A DNA stretch of 64,000 bases, taken from Candidatus Tayloriibacteriota bacterium. GTDB lineage: Bacteria > Patescibacteriota > Minisyncoccia > Phycocordibacterales > PALSA-1337. Positions 61,339 to 64,000 of this stretch are shown here, piece by piece (the first letter of the stretch is position 1; the number at the start of each line of letters is the position of its first letter). The stretch covers positions 7,967 through 71,966 of the forward strand of contig JAQBRD010000026.1 in assembly GCA_028286665.1 (NCBI GenBank). Reading direction: 5' to 3'. The notes below the pieces were generated by a model. That model did not search any database and was not told the origin of the DNA. It saw only the letters and a list, made by a program, of their open reading frames with translations. The position numbers and the translations under genes are program-made.

Positions 61339-64000
61339 TGAATACTGAAGCATTCGAAAAACTCTACAAGAACCTGAATAAGGAACAGAAGAAAGCTGTC
61401 GATACGATCGACGGCCCTGTCATGGTCATTGCTGGTCCGGGAACAGGCAAGACCTCCATTCTCACGCTTCGCATCGCGAACATTCTGAAACAGACGGACA
61501 CGCCGCCGCACGGCATCCTGGCGATCACGTATACGGACGCCGGCGTGAAGGCTATGCGTGCGAAGCTCCAGAGGGTGATCGGCGGCCGTGCCCACGAGGT
61601 GCGCATCCACACCTTCCACGGATTCGCCGCGGCTATCATCGCCGAGCATCCGGACCATTTCATGCACCTGAAGGACTTGAAGCAGATGACGTCGATCGAG
61701 CAGGAATCGCTCATCAGGTCGATTCTCCTCGATCCAGAATTGAGCGACCTGCGCCCGCTCGGCAAGCCCGATAATTATATTTCGCCGATCACCCGCACCA
61801 TCGACGATGCGAAGCGCGAGGCTCTATCTCCAGCCATGGTGGCCGAACATGCCGAGAAGGAAAAGACTCGCATAACCGAGGATCCGGCCTCCATATCGAG
61901 CCGTGGGGTCACCAAGGGGCAATTGAAGGCTGAAGCCAAGGAATCCATCGCCAAATGCGAACGCACGGTGCTTTTCGCCAAGGCCTATGCCGCGTATGAG
62001 ACGAAGAAGCGGGAAGCCGGCAGGATGGACTTCAACGATCTCATCATCGAGCTGCTTGCCGCGCTCAGGAATGACGAGCTGCTCCTCCGGCTCATCCAGG
62101 AGCAATTCCTCTATATTCATGTCGATGAACATCAGGACACGAACGATGCGCAGAATTATATCGTCGCGCTCATCGCGGAGTTTTTCGAAACTCCGAACAT
62201 CTTCATCGTCGGAGATGAGAAACAGGCGATCTACCGCTTCCAAGGAGCATCTGTCGAGAACTTCCTCCTCATGCAGAAGCGCTGGCCGTCGATGGAGATC
62301 ATCTCGCTTGCGACCAACTATCGTTCGCATCAGAGCATCCTCGATGCGAGCTTCGGCATGATCGAAAAGAACTATGAAGACGGCGAGCACGCCAATCTCC
62401 GCATCCGGCTCAAGTCGGGAAGCGAAGACGCTGCGAAGCCTGTTGATGTCGTCATCGCTGAGAATGCATATGCAGCCGATCTGCACCTTGTCCGCGAATT
62501 GAAGGCGATCGCCGTTTCGGAACCTGCAGCGACTGTCGCCATCATCACTCGCCGAAATCGCGACCTCGACCGCATCATCCGGCTTCTCGAATCGCACGAT
62601 GTCGAAGTCTCTTCGGAACGAAGCGTCGATATCTTCAGCCACCCGGTCGGCATGCTGTTCTTCGATCTCATCGAATTCCTGGTCGATCCGACTCGGACAG
62701 ATCTGCTCGCGAAGACCGTCATCGCCGGCATGTGGGGAATTCCTTTCAATGAGGCTGTTGAGATCATACGCGCGCTGAGGAGCGGATCCGGGCAGAAGGA
62801 GCATTTCGATATTGGAAAGAATTTGCCCGGTCTCGTTTCCATCCGCAAGGAGCTGCTCTCGGACGGAGCGGTCGGCTTCCTCGTGCACGCCGCGATGGAA
62901 TCCGGCTTCACGCGGCTTGTCGCCGCTGATCCTTCATACGTATATATATGGCGCGGCATCGTCGCGCTCGCTGAATCCCTCGCACGCGAAAGCAGCATTC
63001 ATGACCCATCGCAGCTCATGAAGCAGCTGCTCGAGTATCGCCTCTCAGCTGAAACCAAGGCCGTGAAAGTCACTGTCGGCGCACCGGATGTTCCGATACA
63101 TGCGCTCACGGCGCACGGCAGCAAGGGCCTCGAATTCGATTATGTCTTCATTCCGCATGCGACCGAGGAAGCCTGGGTCGGACGGAATCGCGGCAGCTCT
63201 TTCATCCTGCCGAACAAGAAGGCGAGCGACTCCGATATTCGCGACAACCGCCGGCTTTTCTATGTAGCCCTCACTCGCGCCCGAAAGCATGTGACGATAC
63301 TGACGCCGCTCGAAGAATCGGACGGCAAGATCCTCACCGAAGTGCGCTTCATATCCGAACTCGATCCGGGGCACATCTCGATCAATCGCATTCCGAGAGC
63401 CGAGATCGAGCTCAGTACGCTTGCCGCAGCAAGCGCCGGCTCTGACGCATCCGAACCTGGAATTTCGCCGAACGATTCGAAATTCATCGATCTCGCCAAG
63501 CGCGTGCTCACCGACAAGGGCCTTTCAGTTACCGCGCTCAATCATTTCCTCGCGTGCCCGAACACATTCCTGTATCAGAGCATTCTGAAGCTGCCGCAGG
63601 CTCCGGCGGTGCCGGCTGAAAAGGGAAACGCCATGCATGCAGCGCTTTCAGCTGTCTGGACATCCGAGAAGCGCGACGAGGCGACGATATCGGATCTCAT
63701 TGTCGAAAAGACCGCCGACTATTTCGATCAATCGCTCCTGTCCGTCGCAGAGAAAGCCGCTATCCAAAAAGAGCTTTCCAAGAACGCGCCCGCAGTCGCA
63801 AAAGCCCTCGTGCCGCATTTCGCGCTTGCATCAAGCGGTGCGTCAGTATTCACCGAACACTGGGTGAAGACGAATTTCACGGGATCATATGAGGGAAAGC
63901 CGATCGATATTCCTATTCACGGCAAGCTCGATGCCATCGTCGATACCGGCAGCGAAGTCCTCGTCTTCGATTACAAGACCAAGCAATCCATGTCGGTCAA
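61338..64000 (+). CDS. UvrD/Rep-family ATP-dependent helicase with a C-terminal PD-(D/E)xK nuclease segment (AddA/PcrA-like). The 3' end is truncated by the window.
   Basis: Walker A VMVIAGPGTGKTSIL, UvrD motifs YIHVDEHQDTN and the FIVGDEKQAIYRFQGA region. Near the window end, the PD-(D/E)xK-like KLDAIVDTGSEVLVFDYKTK. The frame stays open from 61338 to 64000. Confidence 0.75.
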   Translation, partial: MNTEAFEKLYKNLNKEQKKAVDTIDGPVMVIAGPGTGKTSILTLRIANILKQTDTPPHGILAITYTDAGVKAMRAKLQRVIGGRAHEVRIHTFHGFAAAIIAEHPDHFMHLKDLKQMTSIEQESLIRSILLDPELSDLRPLGKPDNYISPITRTIDDAKREALSPAMVAEHAEKEKTRITEDPASISSRGVTKGQLKAEAKESIAKCERTVLFAKAYAAYETKKREAGRMDFNDLIIELLAALRNDELLLRLIQEQFLYIHVDEHQDTNDAQNYIVALIAEFFETPNIFIVGDEKQAIYRFQGASVENFLLMQKRWPSMEIISLATNYRSHQSILDASFGMIEKNYEDGEHANLRIRLKSGSEDAAKPVDVVIAENAYAADLHLVRELKAIAVSEPAATVAIITRRNRDLDRIIRLLESHDVEVSSERSVDIFSHPVGMLFFDLIEFLVDPTRTDLLAKTVIAGMWGIPFNEAVEIIRALRSGSGQKEHFDIGKNLPGLVSIRKELLSDGAVGFLVHAAMESGFTRLVAADPSYVYIWRGIVALAESLARESSIHDPSQLMKQLLEYRLSAETKAVKVTVGAPDVPIHALTAHGSKGLEFDYVFIPHATEEAWVGRNRGSSFILPNKKASDSDIRDNRRLFYVALTRARKHVTILTPLEESDGKILTEVRFISELDPGHISINRIPRAEIELSTLAAASAGSDASEPGISPNDSKFIDLAKRVLTDKGLSVTALNHFLACPNTFLYQSILKLPQAPAVPAEKGNAMHAALSAVWTSEKRDEATISDLIVEKTADYFDQSLLSVAEKAAIQKELSKNAPAVAKALVPHFALASSGASVFTEHWVKTNFTGSYEGKPIDIPIHGKLDAIVDTGSEVLVFDYKTKQSMSV

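Noticed and set aside
61824-62998. 354-aa and 208-aa minus-strand ORFs inside the helicase gene.
   Set aside because: The plus frame carries the canonical UvrD Walker A and downstream helicase motifs and stays open to the window end. The minus ORFs are shadows.
1-64000. CRISPR arrays, rRNA genes, IS/transposase genes, integrases.
   Set aside because: No run of regularly spaced direct repeats was found. No 16S/23S-like conserved stretches. No transposase or integrase-like ORF (DDE, Tyr or Ser recombinase motifs) among the proteins examined.

Overview
This window looks like a gene-dense (~90% coding), moderate-GC (~50%) bacterial chromosome segment with small proteins, short intergenic spacers and frequent overlapping start/stop junctions. 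Gene content and order suggest a reduced-genome bacterium, possibly CPR/Patescibacteria-like, but this is inference only. Supportable content, 5' to 3': membrane and secreted hypotheticals; NrnA-like DHH phosphoesterase; cyclophilin; pyruvate kinase; RadC; murD; NDH-2; a minus-strand block of ECF sigma factor, small membrane proteins and a MacA/MacB-like tripartite ABC efflux system; a PLP-dependent enzyme next to an unannotated LysW-like zinc-ribbon mini-ORF; a wHTH regulator and an orphan LivJ-type substrate-binding protein; an mraY, Bpt/Ate-like transferase, mpl operon; a PKD-domain secreted protein; an ATP-grasp ligase plus cytoplasmic NlpC/P60 amidase pair; rsmI; a DUF4015-like TIM-barrel protein; zwf; and an AT-rich islet of mini membrane ORFs. 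The most striking locus follows: a short MltG-like gene translationally coupled to a 2080-aa TM-anchored alpha-2-macroglobulin with an intact CTEQ thioester motif, convergent with and overlapping a PbpC-like class A PBP. Downstream are ychF, a sigma-region-4/HARE-HTH protein, a second MltG paralogue, mnmA, an ATP-cone plus Mrr-type restriction-endonuclease-fold protein, M29 and M24 aminopeptidases, a short-form alaS, and the infA-rpmJ-rpsM-rpsK-rpsD-rpoA-rplQ / rplM-rpsI ribosomal block with a strong terminator. The window ends with a GNAT, a LysE exporter, grpE and a partial UvrD-type helicase-nuclease. No CRISPR array, rRNA or convincing tRNA was found. Two unusually long perfect inverted-repeat elements (115 and 118 bp) and two apparently non-coding structured regions are flagged as ncRNA or element candidates. 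Many track ORFs that lie antisense or embedded within these genes were treated as shadow ORFs.
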